Source: a virus
Length of the DNA: 63,715 bases
IMG/VR virus record: IMGVR_UViG_3300048929_000143
Span: 1 to 63,715 of that record
Strand: one strand, 5' to 3'
Shown: positions 51,677 to 62,398 of the stretch, piece by piece
Numbering within the stretch: the first letter of the stretch is position 1
Layout: the number at the start of each line of letters is the position of its first letter
Notes under the pieces: generated by a model
Databases searched by the model: none
Seen by the model: only the letters and a program-made list of their open reading frames with translations
What the model was told of the DNA's origin: nothing
Made by a program: the position numbers and the translations under genes

Positions 51677-52985
51677 TACGCTAAGTCTGCAGGCCATCTA
51701 CGAACGATTTGCGGACGGGGACCATTCGATATTCTCCCCGTCCGCTTCGTCCAGGTGGATGAATTGTCCCGGTTCGTTAATCCCCAACATTTTGGCGCCT
51801 GACGATACTGGGATTTTTGCTGCCGAAGGAACGGTGGCGCATGAGTTGGCGGAACAATGGCTAACCACCGGCCGGAAGCCGAAAGAACGGCTAGGCGAGT
51901 GGGTCTGGATCGAGAACGGTACCGACTGGTTCGAGATACAGATAACGCGCGGGATGTTCATCTATGTCGAAGAGTATGTCGACGTGTGCATGATGACACC
52001 TGGCGAAAAGTTCATAGAAAGCCGCGTAGACTTTTCGATGTTAACGCCGGTGCCTGGCCAAAAAGGGACACTGGATTTTTGTGCAATCGACGGTGACACG
52101 CTTTATATCCGTGACCTGAAATACGGGAAAGGGGTAAAAGTCGACGCCATCAAAAACACGCAGTTATTGATCTACGCGTATGCGAAGTACATGGAAATTC
52201 GTGACTTCTACTACATCAAGAGGATCATAATCTGCATCGTGCAACCCCGACTCGACCACTTCGAAGAGTGGGAATGCACCGTCGAAGAACTGATGGGCTT
52301 CGGCGAACTGGTTAAACGCAAGGCAGCAGAGGCGTGGAAATTAGACGCCCCGCTGGTGGCCGGTGTGAAACAGTGTGGTTTCTGCCGCATCCGCCAAACC
52401 TGCCCCGCTCGACTGGCCATGGCAAGACAGGTTCTTGAACTGCGTTTCCCGGAAGACGGGCAATTCCCCATCACCGACACGCAGATTAAGACACTGAAAG
52501 AAGATCTGGACGAGGACTTGTTTTACCTGCAGTTCCAGACGCCTCAATCGTTGACGAGTGCGCAGTTAGCCAACGTCCTGAAATACCGGACGACGATAGA
52601 AAACTGGTTCAAGTCACTACAGACTGAACTGACCAGACGGGCATTAGCTGGCGGTGAAGTCCCTGGATACAAACTGGTGGATGGCCGTAACTTCCGACAG
52701 TTTGCAGACCAGGATAAAGCCGTTAAGATATTGCTTGATGCCGGACTAAGTGAAGAAGACATCTGGAAAACGGAGATGATTTCTCCGAACCAGGCGGAAG
52801 AAGCGCTGATGTCCACCGGATTGAAGAGAAAGGAACTTCCGAAGATCCTCAGTCCGATAGTAAAATCGACGAAAGGCGCGCCTACACTGGTGCCACTAAG
52901 CGATAAACGACCTGAAATCGGCGGCGATACAAAATCCGCCATGAACGACGAAGAAGACGATTTCTACTTCCCGTCACAACGATGA
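51651..52985 (+). CDS. PD-(D/E)XK nuclease, DUF2800 / Cas4-like
   Basis: 444 aa; FSPSASSRWMNCPGS, IRDLKYGKG, C-terminal Cys cluster CGFCRIRQTC. Confidence 0.7.
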   Translation: MTTAKKNCNTLSLQAIYERFADGDHSIFSPSASSRWMNCPGSLIPNILAPDDTGIFAAEGTVAHELAEQWLTTGRKPKERLGEWVWIENGTDWFEIQITRGMFIYVEEYVDVCMMTPGEKFIESRVDFSMLTPVPGQKGTLDFCAIDGDTLYIRDLKYGKGVKVDAIKNTQLLIYAYAKYMEIRDFYYIKRIIICIVQPRLDHFEEWECTVEELMGFGELVKRKAAEAWKLDAPLVAGVKQCGFCRIRQTCPARLAMARQVLELRFPEDGQFPITDTQIKTLKEDLDEDLFYLQFQTPQSLTSAQLANVLKYRTTIENWFKSLQTELTRRALAGGEVPGYKLVDGRNFRQFADQDKAVKILLDAGLSEEDIWKTEMISPNQAEEALMSTGLKRKELPKILSPIVKSTKGAPTLVPLSDKRPEIGGDTKSAMNDEEDDFYFPSQR

Positions 52986-53000
52986 TACCGGAGAAATAGC

Positions 53001-53681
53001 ATGGCCCGTAAACTTACAGTTGAGAAAAAATTCCCGAAAGAAGGCGTGATTTTCTACAAAGAAGGCTACGTCAAGTTTCTGGATGTGAAGTGCTCCTACC
53101 CGCACTTCGATAAACCGCAGAAGTTCACCCGTGACGACGGCGGCGAAGTCGAAAAGTACGGCATGGAAGGTCTGATCGAGTCCGAGCGTTTCCAGGAATC
53201 GAAAAAGTACCTGGTTGACATGATTAAGAAAATCATGGAAGACCGCGACTGCAAATGCGGTAAAGACAAGTGGTTCGTTGTCGAAGGTGACGAAGATTTG
53301 CGTCCTGAACTGGCTGGTATGTACCAGATTAAGGCCAGCGAATCCCGTAAGCCGACCTTCCTGTCTGTCGATGGTGATGAAATCGACTCAGCGAAAGAAC
53401 TGCGCGACCTGTTCTACCCTGGCGTCCGCTGCGACATGCTGATTCGCCCATGGGGCCAGAACTACCGCGACCAGAAAAAAGGCACGACGGCCAAGCGTGT
53501 GAACGCCGGTCTGGTGTCAGTGAAGTGGCGCCGTGACGATACCCGCCTGGGTGAAGAACCGATCGACACCGATGGCGCGTGGGACGATGACGAAGATGAT
53601 GAATACTTCGAGAAGCAGCAGCCGAAAACATCCGGCAGCCGTCAGTCCAGCAGCAACGACGATGACGAAGACGCTTTATAA
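53001..53681 (+). CDS. DUF2815-like protein (putative ssDNA-binding), acidic tail
   Basis: 226 aa; canonical position between the DUF2800 nuclease and PolA; C-terminal DDDEDDEYF...NDDDEDAL. Confidence 0.55.
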   Translation: MARKLTVEKKFPKEGVIFYKEGYVKFLDVKCSYPHFDKPQKFTRDDGGEVEKYGMEGLIESERFQESKKYLVDMIKKIMEDRDCKCGKDKWFVVEGDEDLRPELAGMYQIKASESRKPTFLSVDGDEIDSAKELRDLFYPGVRCDMLIRPWGQNYRDQKKGTTAKRVNAGLVSVKWRRDDTRLGEEPIDTDGAWDDDEDDEYFEKQQPKTSGSRQSSSNDDDEDAL

Positions 53682-53695
53682 TCTGACCACCAGCA

Positions 53696-53722
53696 AAGCC
53701 GTCCTTCGGGGCGGCTTTTTTA
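53696..53722 (+). terminator. Rho-independent terminator/attenuator
   Basis: aagccgtcc/gggcggctt stem with ttcg loop, then TTTTTT. Confidence 0.7.
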
Positions 53723-53735
53723 TCGGAGACGGCTA

Positions 53736-55943
53736 ATGATTGTTGGCGAAATGACCCTGGAGATAGCGAAGAAACTTGCTGTTCTTCCCGCTAAACGACA
53801 GGACTATCACAACTGCGAAAACCTGCCGAGCGATATCTATATCGACTATGAAACGCGCTCAGAAGAAGACCTGAAAAAGTTCGGGCAGGACAGATACGCA
53901 AACCACCCGTCGACACACCCGCTCATGGCCACATGGTGCGAAATCCGGCCGGACGGCAATCACTGGTTCCACTGGAATGTGGAAATGGGGAAGTTCCCAA
54001 GTCGCTTAATTGCGATTTTTTGTGATCCTAACGTTCTGAAACACGCGTTCAACGCGCAGTTCGAGCGCACTATCACGAAATTCGCCATGGGCCTGGGCGA
54101 CAACATCGGCTACAAAGACTGGCGCTGTACGATGGTGCTGGCGTACATGATGGGATTCGGCGGTACGCTGGCGCAGATCGGCGCTGCTGTCGGCCTGAAA
54201 GAGCAGGCGAAACTGGACATCGGTAAAGACCTGATTAAGTTCTTCTCGGTGCCGGTGCCGGAGCGCCAGCGAAAGAACGTGGGCGGAATGTTCCGCGACC
54301 CCGCGAAGTATCCGGAAGAGTGGTTCGCATACTGCGTCTATAACGTCATGGATGTCGCGGCCGAGATGGGTATCGCCTCGCGCCTGGACCGGCCGGACAA
54401 ATACCCGATCCCACCGTCCGAGTGGTCGACCTACGCTATCGACCAGGAAATCAACGACCGCGGGGTGCCAATCGACTTGCGCATGGCCGAAAACGCCATC
54501 GTGCTGAAAGACCGCCGCAAGGAAGAACTGGTCAACGAACTGCGCGAGATCACCGGACTGGCCAACCCGAACTCCACGACGCAGTTGCTGCCATGGCTGA
54601 CCGCGCGCGGCTACCCGTTCCCCGATTGTAAAGCGGCTTCCGTTAAAACCGCGCTCAACCGCTTCTCTCACAAGATGACGGAAGACTGTATCGTCGTCCT
54701 GAAAAAGCGTAAGTGGGCGGCGTCCACCAGCCATGGAAAGTACACGACAATCGCCAACGCCTCTCGCGCTGGCCGTTTCCGTTATGCGTTCCAGATGGCG
54801 GGCGCGCAGCGCACACAACGCTGGGCCGGTCGCAAGGTGCAGGCGCAGAACCTGCCCCGCACCCCGAAGTGCCTGGAGCCGAAAGACGGCGACATCCGTA
54901 AGCTAAACACCACCACCGAAATCATCCGCGCGGGCAAGTACGACGAATTATCGCTGTGGATGAAAGAGCCAATGGAAGCCATCGTCGGCTGCATCCGCTC
55001 TACGTTCCGCGCCGAGGAAGACCACGAATTCCGCGTGTGCGACCTTGCGTCGATTGAATCGGTCGTGATCGGCTGGCTGTCGGACTGCAAATGGTTCCAG
55101 GAAGTGCTGTCCAGCGGGCGTGACATCTACAAATCGTTTGCTATGCACCTGTATGACAAGGCATACGACGAGGTCACGAAGGCAGAACGCTCCATGGCCA
55201 AACCGGCGACGCTCGGCTGCGGCTACCGTCTCGGCGGCGGCATGGAGACAGAAACCTTCACCCGTACCGGCCTGTGGGGCTACGCGGAGAACATGGGCGT
55301 CGAGATGACCCAGGCAGAGGCCGCCGAACACGTTAAGGTGTTCCGTGAACTCTGTCCGGAGATTGTCGATCTGTGGTTCGAACTGGAACAGGCTGCGATG
55401 AAGTGCCTGAAAACGAAACAGCCGGTGAAGTGTGGCCGCGTGACGTTCGAATATCGCAAACCGTTCCTGGCGATCCGCCTGCCGTCCGGCCGCCGCCTGT
55501 GGTACTTCGACCCGAAAGTGTTGCCGGTAAAACGCACCTTCCGCAACAAGGTCGAAAAAATCGTCCGCGACGGGAACGGGCAGCGTGTTAAAGCGACGGT
55601 GTGGGAAGAAGAGTCATACACGAAATACCAGTTGTCCTACATGGGTATGGACCAGAAGACCCGTAAGTGGTCGCGTCAGTACACCCACGGCGGAAAACTG
55701 GTGGAAAACATCGTTCAGGCGATTGCCCGCGACGTACTGAAAGCCGGTATCATCCGCGCCACCCGCGACGGCTTCAAAATCGTCATGCACATCCACGATG
55801 AAATCGTCTGCCACGAAAAACGCACGGACACGTACCATACGCTGCCCCGCCTTCAGGAGCATATGACCGCCCCGCTGTCATGGGCGCCAGGAATGCACCT
55901 TGGCGGCGCGGGATGGACTGGCCCGTTCTACATGAAGGACTAA
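53736..55943 (+). CDS. DNA polymerase, family A (3'-5' exo plus pol domains)
   Basis: 735 aa; Exo I IDYETRSE, Exo II NAQFE, motif A CDLASIESVV, motif B RSMAKPATLGCGY, motif C HIHDEIV. Confidence 0.9.
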   Translation: MIVGEMTLEIAKKLAVLPAKRQDYHNCENLPSDIYIDYETRSEEDLKKFGQDRYANHPSTHPLMATWCEIRPDGNHWFHWNVEMGKFPSRLIAIFCDPNVLKHAFNAQFERTITKFAMGLGDNIGYKDWRCTMVLAYMMGFGGTLAQIGAAVGLKEQAKLDIGKDLIKFFSVPVPERQRKNVGGMFRDPAKYPEEWFAYCVYNVMDVAAEMGIASRLDRPDKYPIPPSEWSTYAIDQEINDRGVPIDLRMAENAIVLKDRRKEELVNELREITGLANPNSTTQLLPWLTARGYPFPDCKAASVKTALNRFSHKMTEDCIVVLKKRKWAASTSHGKYTTIANASRAGRFRYAFQMAGAQRTQRWAGRKVQAQNLPRTPKCLEPKDGDIRKLNTTTEIIRAGKYDELSLWMKEPMEAIVGCIRSTFRAEEDHEFRVCDLASIESVVIGWLSDCKWFQEVLSSGRDIYKSFAMHLYDKAYDEVTKAERSMAKPATLGCGYRLGGGMETETFTRTGLWGYAENMGVEMTQAEAAEHVKVFRELCPEIVDLWFELEQAAMKCLKTKQPVKCGRVTFEYRKPFLAIRLPSGRRLWYFDPKVLPVKRTFRNKVEKIVRDGNGQRVKATVWEEESYTKYQLSYMGMDQKTRKWSRQYTHGGKLVENIVQAIARDVLKAGIIRATRDGFKIVMHIHDEIVCHEKRTDTYHTLPRLQEHMTAPLSWAPGMHLGGAGWTGPFYMKD

Positions 55944-55947
55944 CGAT

Positions 55948-56262
55948 ATGCCGAGAAAAGATCCGTTTGCCAAGGCCGCCGCCATCCGCGAATCGAAAGT
56001 GGAAAAAAGCATTTGTGAGTTTGCTGAGTATTACGGCTGGATGCAGTTCAAAGTCACCAGTCCGGCCTTCAACGGGATGCCAGACCGCGGCTTCGTCCGG
56101 AAGACAGGAGACAAAAGCGAGTTCATCCTGGCCGAGATAAAGCAACTGGGTAAGAAGCCGGAACCGTTGCAGAAAGTCCGCGCGCGGGAACTCGCTAAAC
56201 ACGGTGTAGACGTACACTGGTTCGACAGCCTGGAGGATGCGAAAAATGTATTTCGACGCTAA
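55948..56262 (+). CDS. VRR-NUC domain nuclease
   Basis: 104 aa; ...GMPDRGF...FILAEIKQLGKKPEPLQ (D...E.K) pattern. Confidence 0.75.
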   Translation: MPRKDPFAKAAAIRESKVEKSICEFAEYYGWMQFKVTSPAFNGMPDRGFVRKTGDKSEFILAEIKQLGKKPEPLQKVRARELAKHGVDVHWFDSLEDAKNVFRR

Positions 56263-57772
56263 CGCCCGCGCTGCTGCAGCCGAACTGACGCGGGAACACC
56301 AGCACGACTATCAGCTAATGGCCATCGACTTCGCTATGCGCGTGAAGAAATGTGGTCTGTGGATGGCGCTCGGCCTTGGGAAATCGACAGTGGCCGGTAC
56401 CGTCCTGTTCGACACACTGGCCAACATGGAGATCAACCGCTGGCTGATTATCGCCCCGCTGCGAGTCTCCCGCGTGACGTGGCCAGAAACGTTCGCCGAA
56501 TGGCGCCACCTGGCGATGCTGGATTACACGGTGCTGTCCGACGAGCCGGAAACGTCGAAGGAAACCAAAACGCAGGCGGTTATTCGCCGTTCGCGCACCA
56601 GCAAAACGTCGGTGGACATGGTCAACATGGAGATGGTGCCGGCCCTGGTCGACTACTGGCGCAGAGACTGGCCATACGACGGCGTGATCATCGACGAGTC
56701 CAGTAAATTTAAAGACCACAAGTCGCAACGCTTCAAAAAACTGCTGCTGGAGTTTAAGAACATTGAGCGTCTTATCGAACTGACGGCCACACCGGCGTCA
56801 GAGGGGTACGAAAGCCTGTTCGCGCAGATTGCCCTGCTGGATGCGGGCGATCGCCTTGGGACGCACATCACGCACTACCGGAACGACTATTTCAAACAGA
56901 ACTACTACACCAGAAAGTGGGAGGTCATCGAAGCGTTGAAACCGGAAATCGACGCGAAGATCTCGGATATCACTCTCGTCATGGGGCCGGAATACCTGCC
57001 TAACAAGAACGACGAGCCGCACTTCGTCGAACACAACCTGCCGATGTCGGCTAAGTTCGAAGAACAGTACAAGCAACTGGAAAAAACCAGCGTCCTGGAA
57101 CTCGGCGATGTCGAGATCGTGGCGGACAATGCGGCGGCCGTGTGGGGCAAACTGCTGCAGATGGCCAGCGGCATGATCTATGAAACGTGGAAGGAACCGC
57201 ACCCGACGCGCGAAGGGAAAATGGTGCTGAAACGCCGGCCCCATCTTCTGCATGACGAAAAGCTCGACGAACTGGAAGAACTGATCGACCAGCTTGACGG
57301 AAAGCCATTGCTGGTGGCGTACCACTGGGACGAATCACTGGAACGCCTGAAAAAACGCTTCCCATGGGCTACAGTTCTGGACAAGGAAGGGACGTACAAG
57401 AAGAAATGGGATGCAGGAAAAATCAAGATGCTGATCGCACACCCGCAATCAGCCGCACACGGTCTTAACCTGCAGAAGCCGACGAACCAGATGTGTTTCT
57501 TCGACCTCCACCCATCGCTCGAAAACTTCCTGCAGTTCGTTGGCCGACTCGACCGACAAGGGCAGAAAGAACGTGTGTTCGTTCACCTTATGCTTTCCAA
57601 AGGCACCTATGATCTGCGAGTATGGGAGTCATTGAAACAGAAGAAGGACGGCGAAGAAGCGCTGCTTAACAGGCTCCGGTACCTGCAGCGCAAAGTCAGG
57701 GAAGCGACGATGAAACGAGTGGAGGCAGCAGCGCGGGCGACGGCCATGGCCGACGAAGACGATCTGCTGTAA
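56237..57772 (+). CDS. SNF2-family helicase
   Basis: 511 aa; motif I LGLGKST, motif II IIDESSKF, motif III LTATPA, C-terminal helicase motifs AHPQSAAHGLNLQ. Confidence 0.85.
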   Translation: MRKMYFDANARAAAAELTREHQHDYQLMAIDFAMRVKKCGLWMALGLGKSTVAGTVLFDTLANMEINRWLIIAPLRVSRVTWPETFAEWRHLAMLDYTVLSDEPETSKETKTQAVIRRSRTSKTSVDMVNMEMVPALVDYWRRDWPYDGVIIDESSKFKDHKSQRFKKLLLEFKNIERLIELTATPASEGYESLFAQIALLDAGDRLGTHITHYRNDYFKQNYYTRKWEVIEALKPEIDAKISDITLVMGPEYLPNKNDEPHFVEHNLPMSAKFEEQYKQLEKTSVLELGDVEIVADNAAAVWGKLLQMASGMIYETWKEPHPTREGKMVLKRRPHLLHDEKLDELEELIDQLDGKPLLVAYHWDESLERLKKRFPWATVLDKEGTYKKKWDAGKIKMLIAHPQSAAHGLNLQKPTNQMCFFDLHPSLENFLQFVGRLDRQGQKERVFVHLMLSKGTYDLRVWESLKQKKDGEEALLNRLRYLQRKVREATMKRVEAAARATAMADEDDLL

Positions 57773-57792
57773 ACACCCGTTGCAAATACAAA

Positions 57793-57828
57793 GACGTTCG
57801 CCGTAAATTATCGGCAGCGTCTTTTTTC
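57793..57828 (+). terminator. Rho-independent terminator between replication and packaging genes
   Basis: gacgttcgccg / cggcagcgtc bulged stem, then TTTTTT. Confidence 0.6.
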
Positions 57829-57843
57829 ATTTTAAGGACTGAC

Positions 57844-58416
57844 ATGGCAGACAATCGCAAAGACATTAAGAACGCCGGCCCCGACGAAAAGACGCGGTCG
57901 ATGATCCACGAAGGCTGTTCGATCTCGCAACTGGCCGACATCTTCGACCGTGACCGCCGGACGGTGACGCGCTATATCCACGATGCCGGAGTGAAACCAT
58001 GCGCCAACCGAAACGGAAATCCTATCTACAAATTGCGCGACGTCGCCGGATATCTCTGCGACATCGATCCGGTGTTTATCGAAGAACGTCTTCGCACGAT
58101 GAACCCGCAAGACCTGCCGCCGCTGCTGTCGAAGGAATTCTGGAACGGTAAGCGCGCCCGCCTGACCTATTTACGCGAGGAAGGCGAATTGTGGGAAACC
58201 TCTCAGATTCAGATGCTGCTGGGCGTTTGGGTAAAGAACTTCGTTACCGGCGTCCGCCAGGTGCAGGACACCATAGACCGTCGTGAAATTCTGAGTGAGC
58301 AGCAGCGCGAAGCATTGGTTCAGGAGATGGACAGCCTGATTAACATGACACGCGAAACGCTCGGTGGCGCCTTCCAGCGGTTAAAGGACGAAGACGATGA
58401 AAACGAACAACTCTAA
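57844..58416 (+). CDS. terS: Terminase small subunit (putative)
   Basis: 190 aa; N-terminal HTH (CSISQLADIFDRDRRTVTRYIHDAG); overlaps the large-subunit start by 20 nt. Confidence 0.6.
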   Translation: MADNRKDIKNAGPDEKTRSMIHEGCSISQLADIFDRDRRTVTRYIHDAGVKPCANRNGNPIYKLRDVAGYLCDIDPVFIEERLRTMNPQDLPPLLSKEFWNGKRARLTYLREEGELWETSQIQMLLGVWVKNFVTGVRQVQDTIDRREILSEQQREALVQEMDSLINMTRETLGGAFQRLKDEDDENEQL

Positions 58417-60475
58417 GACGTTCGACTCGCTGTACGACGTCTTTCTGGACCTGGTAGACACCATTCGAGCGCCGGAGCGTATTTCCGTTTCTCAGGCTGC
58501 GATGAAGTACCGCTACGTCTACCAGCCAGGTGCGTACATCGGTCCGTGGAAGAACTCGGAAACTCCGTACATGGTCGAGCCGATGGACATGTTTACCAGC
58601 AGGACGAAAATTGCCATGGCGCTGATGATGTCCGCGCAGACCGGTAAAACGGACTCCATGATCCTGAACACCACTCTGTACACCACCATCGTCGACCCGA
58701 TGGACATGATTATCTACAACCCGACGCATAACCTTGCGCGCGACTTCTCCATTCGTCGTATCGACCGTCTGATGCTGCATTCGAAGAAAGTCGGTGAGCA
58801 GCTTCTGAAAGGGCGAGACGCAGATAACGTGTTCGACAAACACTTCAAAAACGGCACCATCCTGTCGCTGTCACATCCGGCGCCAGGCGAACTGGCCGGT
58901 CGTCCAATCGGACGAGTTTTGATGACCGACTACGATCGATTCCCGATGGACGTGGGCGGCGAAGGTTCTCCGTTCGACCTCGGCTCAAAACGTACCACCA
59001 CGTTCGGCTCCATGGCCATGTGCATGGCGGAGTCATCGCCGTCTATGCCGATCATCGACCCGAAGTGGATTGCCCGAAGCCCACATGAAGCGCCACCGTG
59101 CGATGGCATTGCCAACCTGTATAACCGAGGCGATCGCCGCCTGTGGTTCTGGCCATGCCCGCACTGCGAGGAATATTTCGAAGGCCGGTTCGAACTGCTG
59201 ACGTGGGACAAGACGAAGCCGACCAACCTGGAAAAAGCGCGCACCGTGCAGATGATCTGTCCGGAGTGCGGGAGCCTTATCGACTACAAAGAACGCCGCG
59301 AGATGCAGCAGTGGGGGATATGGGTGCCGGAAGGTATGCGCATCGAAAACGGCGAACTGGTCGGCGAGGTGCCGGATAACCTGATTGCATCTTACTGGCT
59401 GAAAGGCGTGGCCGCAGCATTCGTGACGTGGGAAAAGCTGGTGTTCTACTACCTGAACGCCGAAGATGAATACCAGCGCACGATGTCCGAAGAGGCGTTG
59501 AAGAAGTTCTGGAATACCGACATGGGTATGCCGTATTTGCCGAAGTCGATGCGGTCGGTCCGGTCGCCGGACAGCATTAAGGCCATGGCCATCTCGCTGC
59601 CCGTCAAGCAGGTACCGAATGACGTTCGCTTCCTGATGGGTACCGTCGACGTCCAGAAATCAAAATTTGTGGTTCAGGTGTGGGGCATTCGTCCAGGGCA
59701 ACCATTCGATCAGGTGCTGATTGACCGGTTCGACATCGTAAAGAACGACCAACGCCTCGACGAGAACGGAGATCCAGAACCGCTGGACCCCGCCGGATAC
59801 CTGGAAGACTGGCACACCATCACGCGCCAGATAATCCGCGCTAAGTACCCACTGGAAGGCGGCATAGGCCACATGGGCGTCAAACTGACAGTCTGTGACT
59901 CCGGTGGCCGCGCGGGCGTGACGGCTAACGCGTATAATTACTACCGGCAACTGAACAGTGCCGACTACGGACTGGGCGGGCGCTTCCTGCTGATCAAAGG
60001 GCGCAACACCCCGAACACCCCGCGCGTGGCACTGACGTATCCGGACTCCACCCGTAAGGACCGATACGCCAACGCCCGCGGGGAAATTCCGGTGCTGCTG
60101 ATTAACACCAACCTGGTTAAAGACATGTTCGATGGCAGACTGGGCGTCCTTACACCAGGAAAAGGAATGGTGGTGCATCCGGATTGGCTGTCAGACGATT
60201 ACTACCGTGAACTTTGCGTGGAGGTCAGAACACCGAAGGGGTGGGAGAACCCGAACAGCGAACGAAACGAGGCATGGGACTTAGGCGTATACTGCATCGC
60301 CGGTGCCATCTCCCCGTACATTGGAATTGAACATATCCAGTGGGACAGACCGCCGTTGTGGGCGGAAGAGTGGGAGAAAAATATCATGGTCGAACTCATA
60401 ACCGAGAAAGGCACGATTGTTCGCGCGCCCGCTTCCCGCTATGATTTCGCTAAATTCGGTTCGGAAATGGCTTAG
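58397..60475 (+). CDS. terL: Terminase large subunit (lambda gpA type)
   Basis: 692 aa; Walker A MMSAQTGKT; zinc-ribbon CPHCEEYF...CPECG; size and layout of gpA. Confidence 0.9.
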   Translation: MKTNNSKTFDSLYDVFLDLVDTIRAPERISVSQAAMKYRYVYQPGAYIGPWKNSETPYMVEPMDMFTSRTKIAMALMMSAQTGKTDSMILNTTLYTTIVDPMDMIIYNPTHNLARDFSIRRIDRLMLHSKKVGEQLLKGRDADNVFDKHFKNGTILSLSHPAPGELAGRPIGRVLMTDYDRFPMDVGGEGSPFDLGSKRTTTFGSMAMCMAESSPSMPIIDPKWIARSPHEAPPCDGIANLYNRGDRRLWFWPCPHCEEYFEGRFELLTWDKTKPTNLEKARTVQMICPECGSLIDYKERREMQQWGIWVPEGMRIENGELVGEVPDNLIASYWLKGVAAAFVTWEKLVFYYLNAEDEYQRTMSEEALKKFWNTDMGMPYLPKSMRSVRSPDSIKAMAISLPVKQVPNDVRFLMGTVDVQKSKFVVQVWGIRPGQPFDQVLIDRFDIVKNDQRLDENGDPEPLDPAGYLEDWHTITRQIIRAKYPLEGGIGHMGVKLTVCDSGGRAGVTANAYNYYRQLNSADYGLGGRFLLIKGRNTPNTPRVALTYPDSTRKDRYANARGEIPVLLINTNLVKDMFDGRLGVLTPGKGMVVHPDWLSDDYYRELCVEVRTPKGWENPNSERNEAWDLGVYCIAGAISPYIGIEHIQWDRPPLWAEEWEKNIMVELITEKGTIVRAPASRYDFAKFGSEMA

Positions 60476-60483
60476 GGGGATTT

Positions 60484-60741
60484 ATGTTTGATTGTTCTGG
60501 ACTTACCTGCGAAGAACTGCAGGACATGCTGGCGGAAGCCCGAAAGGCGTATAACCAGCTAGTTTTAGGCGGCGCGGTGCGTGTCGTGGTTGACCAGAAC
60601 GGCGAGCGTGTGGAATTCACCGCGGCAAACCGTCAGGCGCTTAACCAGTACATTCAAACCATTCTGTCGTACATGCGCGAAAATGGTTGCCTATGTGCGC
60701 CGGCCCCGCAGCCGCAGAAAGCCTTCCGATTCATCTTCTAA
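60484..60741 (+). CDS. Head-tail joining protein (lambda gpW-like)
   Basis: 85 aa between terL and portal; ...LQDMLAEARKAYNQLVLGGAVRVVVDQNGERVEFTAANRQALNQYI fits the gpW pattern. Confidence 0.7.
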   Translation: MFDCSGLTCEELQDMLAEARKAYNQLVLGGAVRVVVDQNGERVEFTAANRQALNQYIQTILSYMRENGCLCAPAPQPQKAFRFIF

Positions 60742-60751
60742 GGGGAAGACA

Positions 60752-62398
60752 GTGAAAAAATTATCTCTCGCCGAGTCGAACGCGCTGGTGCCAATGGCGC
60801 TGGGCGGCGGCGGCCTGGAAGGCGCTAAAATCATGTCCCGTGAGATGGCGCGCTGGCAACCATACAGCGGATCTCCGGATACGCTGGTGAACGGTGCCAA
60901 GAAGATCACGGACGACCGCAGCCGCGACGCCATGATGAACGACGGCTATCTGTCCGGTGTGTTGCATTCCACCCGCGACAGTATCGTCGGCGCCAGCTAC
61001 ATGATGATCGCCCAACCGAACGTGGACGTTCTGAAAACCATCGACAAGCGCTTTGACGACGCATGGGAAGAAGAATTCTCCATGGCCGTCGAAGGTCGAT
61101 TCAACCTGATTTCCGAATCCCGCGCGAACTTCCTGGATGCCACACGCCGTGACACACTTTCAAGCCTCATTAGACTGGGTCTGGCGTCTCACGTTTATTC
61201 CGGCGAGATCATCATGTCGGCGGAGTGGATTCGGCAGAATGACCGCCCGTTTAACACGGCCATCCAGTTGATCGCCCCGGACCGACTCTGCAATCCTGAT
61301 AACGGGCCGGATACGCTTCGCCTGCGTCGTGGTGTCGAGATTGACATGTACGAACGTCCGATTGCGTATCACATCCGCAACGGATACATGGGCGACCCGT
61401 ATAGCACGACTCAGCAGGTAACATGGCAGCGCGTCGAAGCGGAGAAGCCGTGGGGACGAAAAATGATCGTCCATATCTGCGAACGCGACCTTCCTGGCCA
61501 GACTCGCGGTCTGTCCGAAATGGTGGCCGCGCTGAAACAGATGCGAATGACCCGCCGCTTCCAGGACATCACGCTGCAGAACGCCGTTATCAAAGCCAGC
61601 TACGCGGCCACGATGGAATCCGAACTGCCAATGGAAATGCTGGCTGGCGCCATGGGCGGAAACTCGCTCGGCATGGAAGAGTATCTCGGACAGTTCATGT
61701 CCCGCCTGCAGGAGTACATGGGCGGCGCGAACAACCTGACGATCGATGGTGCCAGTATTCCGGTGCTGTTCCCGAATACCAAACTGAACATGCAACAGTT
61801 AGGTACACCAGGTGGAGTTGGTACGGAATTCGAAATCTCCCTGATCCGCCACATCGCGGCATCGCTCGGCTATTCGTATGAAGAGTTCGCCCGCGACTTC
61901 TCGAAGACGAACTACTCTTCTGCCCGCGCTGCGATGAACCTGACACACAAGCGTATGCAGGCGAAGAAGAAAACAATCGCTGACCGCATGGCAGGTGAGA
62001 CTTACGATCTGTGGTTAGAAGAAGACTGGAATGCGGGCAACCTGCCTATGCCAGTGGGAATGAAGCCATCGATCCTGTATGCTCCGCTCGTTAAGCAAGC
62101 GCTGTCAGGTTGTCTCTGGATTGGTGCCGGACGTGGACAGATTGACGAGGTCAAAGAAACGCAGGCGGCTATCATGCGTGTCGCTGCCGGTTTCTCTACC
62201 TACGACAAAGAAGCGGCTAACCTCGGCATGTACTTCAAAGACGTGGTGCGCCAGCGCCAGAAAGAAGAAAAATTGATTAAGGCCGCTGGCCTGACATTCT
62301 CCAGTGAAGCAACGAAGCCTGGGGCAAATGACCGTCAGCAGACAATGAGTAACAACGACACCCAGGACCGGGAGGAAAACGCAGATGCCTCAAATTAA
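60752..62398 (+). CDS. Portal protein (lambda gpB type)
   Basis: GTG 60752 after AAGGGGAAG (the track start at 60581 lies inside the gpW-like gene); 548 aa; position after W. Confidence 0.8.
   Translation: MKKLSLAESNALVPMALGGGGLEGAKIMSREMARWQPYSGSPDTLVNGAKKITDDRSRDAMMNDGYLSGVLHSTRDSIVGASYMMIAQPNVDVLKTIDKRFDDAWEEEFSMAVEGRFNLISESRANFLDATRRDTLSSLIRLGLASHVYSGEIIMSAEWIRQNDRPFNTAIQLIAPDRLCNPDNGPDTLRLRRGVEIDMYERPIAYHIRNGYMGDPYSTTQQVTWQRVEAEKPWGRKMIVHICERDLPGQTRGLSEMVAALKQMRMTRRFQDITLQNAVIKASYAATMESELPMEMLAGAMGGNSLGMEEYLGQFMSRLQEYMGGANNLTIDGASIPVLFPNTKLNMQQLGTPGGVGTEFEISLIRHIAASLGYSYEEFARDFSKTNYSSARAAMNLTHKRMQAKKKTIADRMAGETYDLWLEEDWNAGNLPMPVGMKPSILYAPLVKQALSGCLWIGAGRGQIDEVKETQAAIMRVAAGFSTYDKEAANLGMYFKDVVRQRQKEEKLIKAAGLTFSSEATKPGANDRQQTMSNNDTQDREENADASN

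Noticed and set aside
57773-57843. cos site immediately upstream of the small terminase gene, as in lambda
   Set aside because: The 71-bp gap is almost fully occupied by a terminator hairpin and the RBS, with no GC-rich symmetric element. The palindromic site at 47583-47604 is a better, though still unproven, candidate.
60581-60751. Track start of the portal ORF at 60581, and similar upstream starts at 1775, 11459, 24667, 26125, 31939, 35600, 38418, 38978, 41294, 44386 and 50739
   Set aside because: These extensions overlap the preceding gene, a terminator or a promoter, and encode Arg/Ser/Cys-rich junk. Internal starts with good RBSs or stop-start coupling were used instead.
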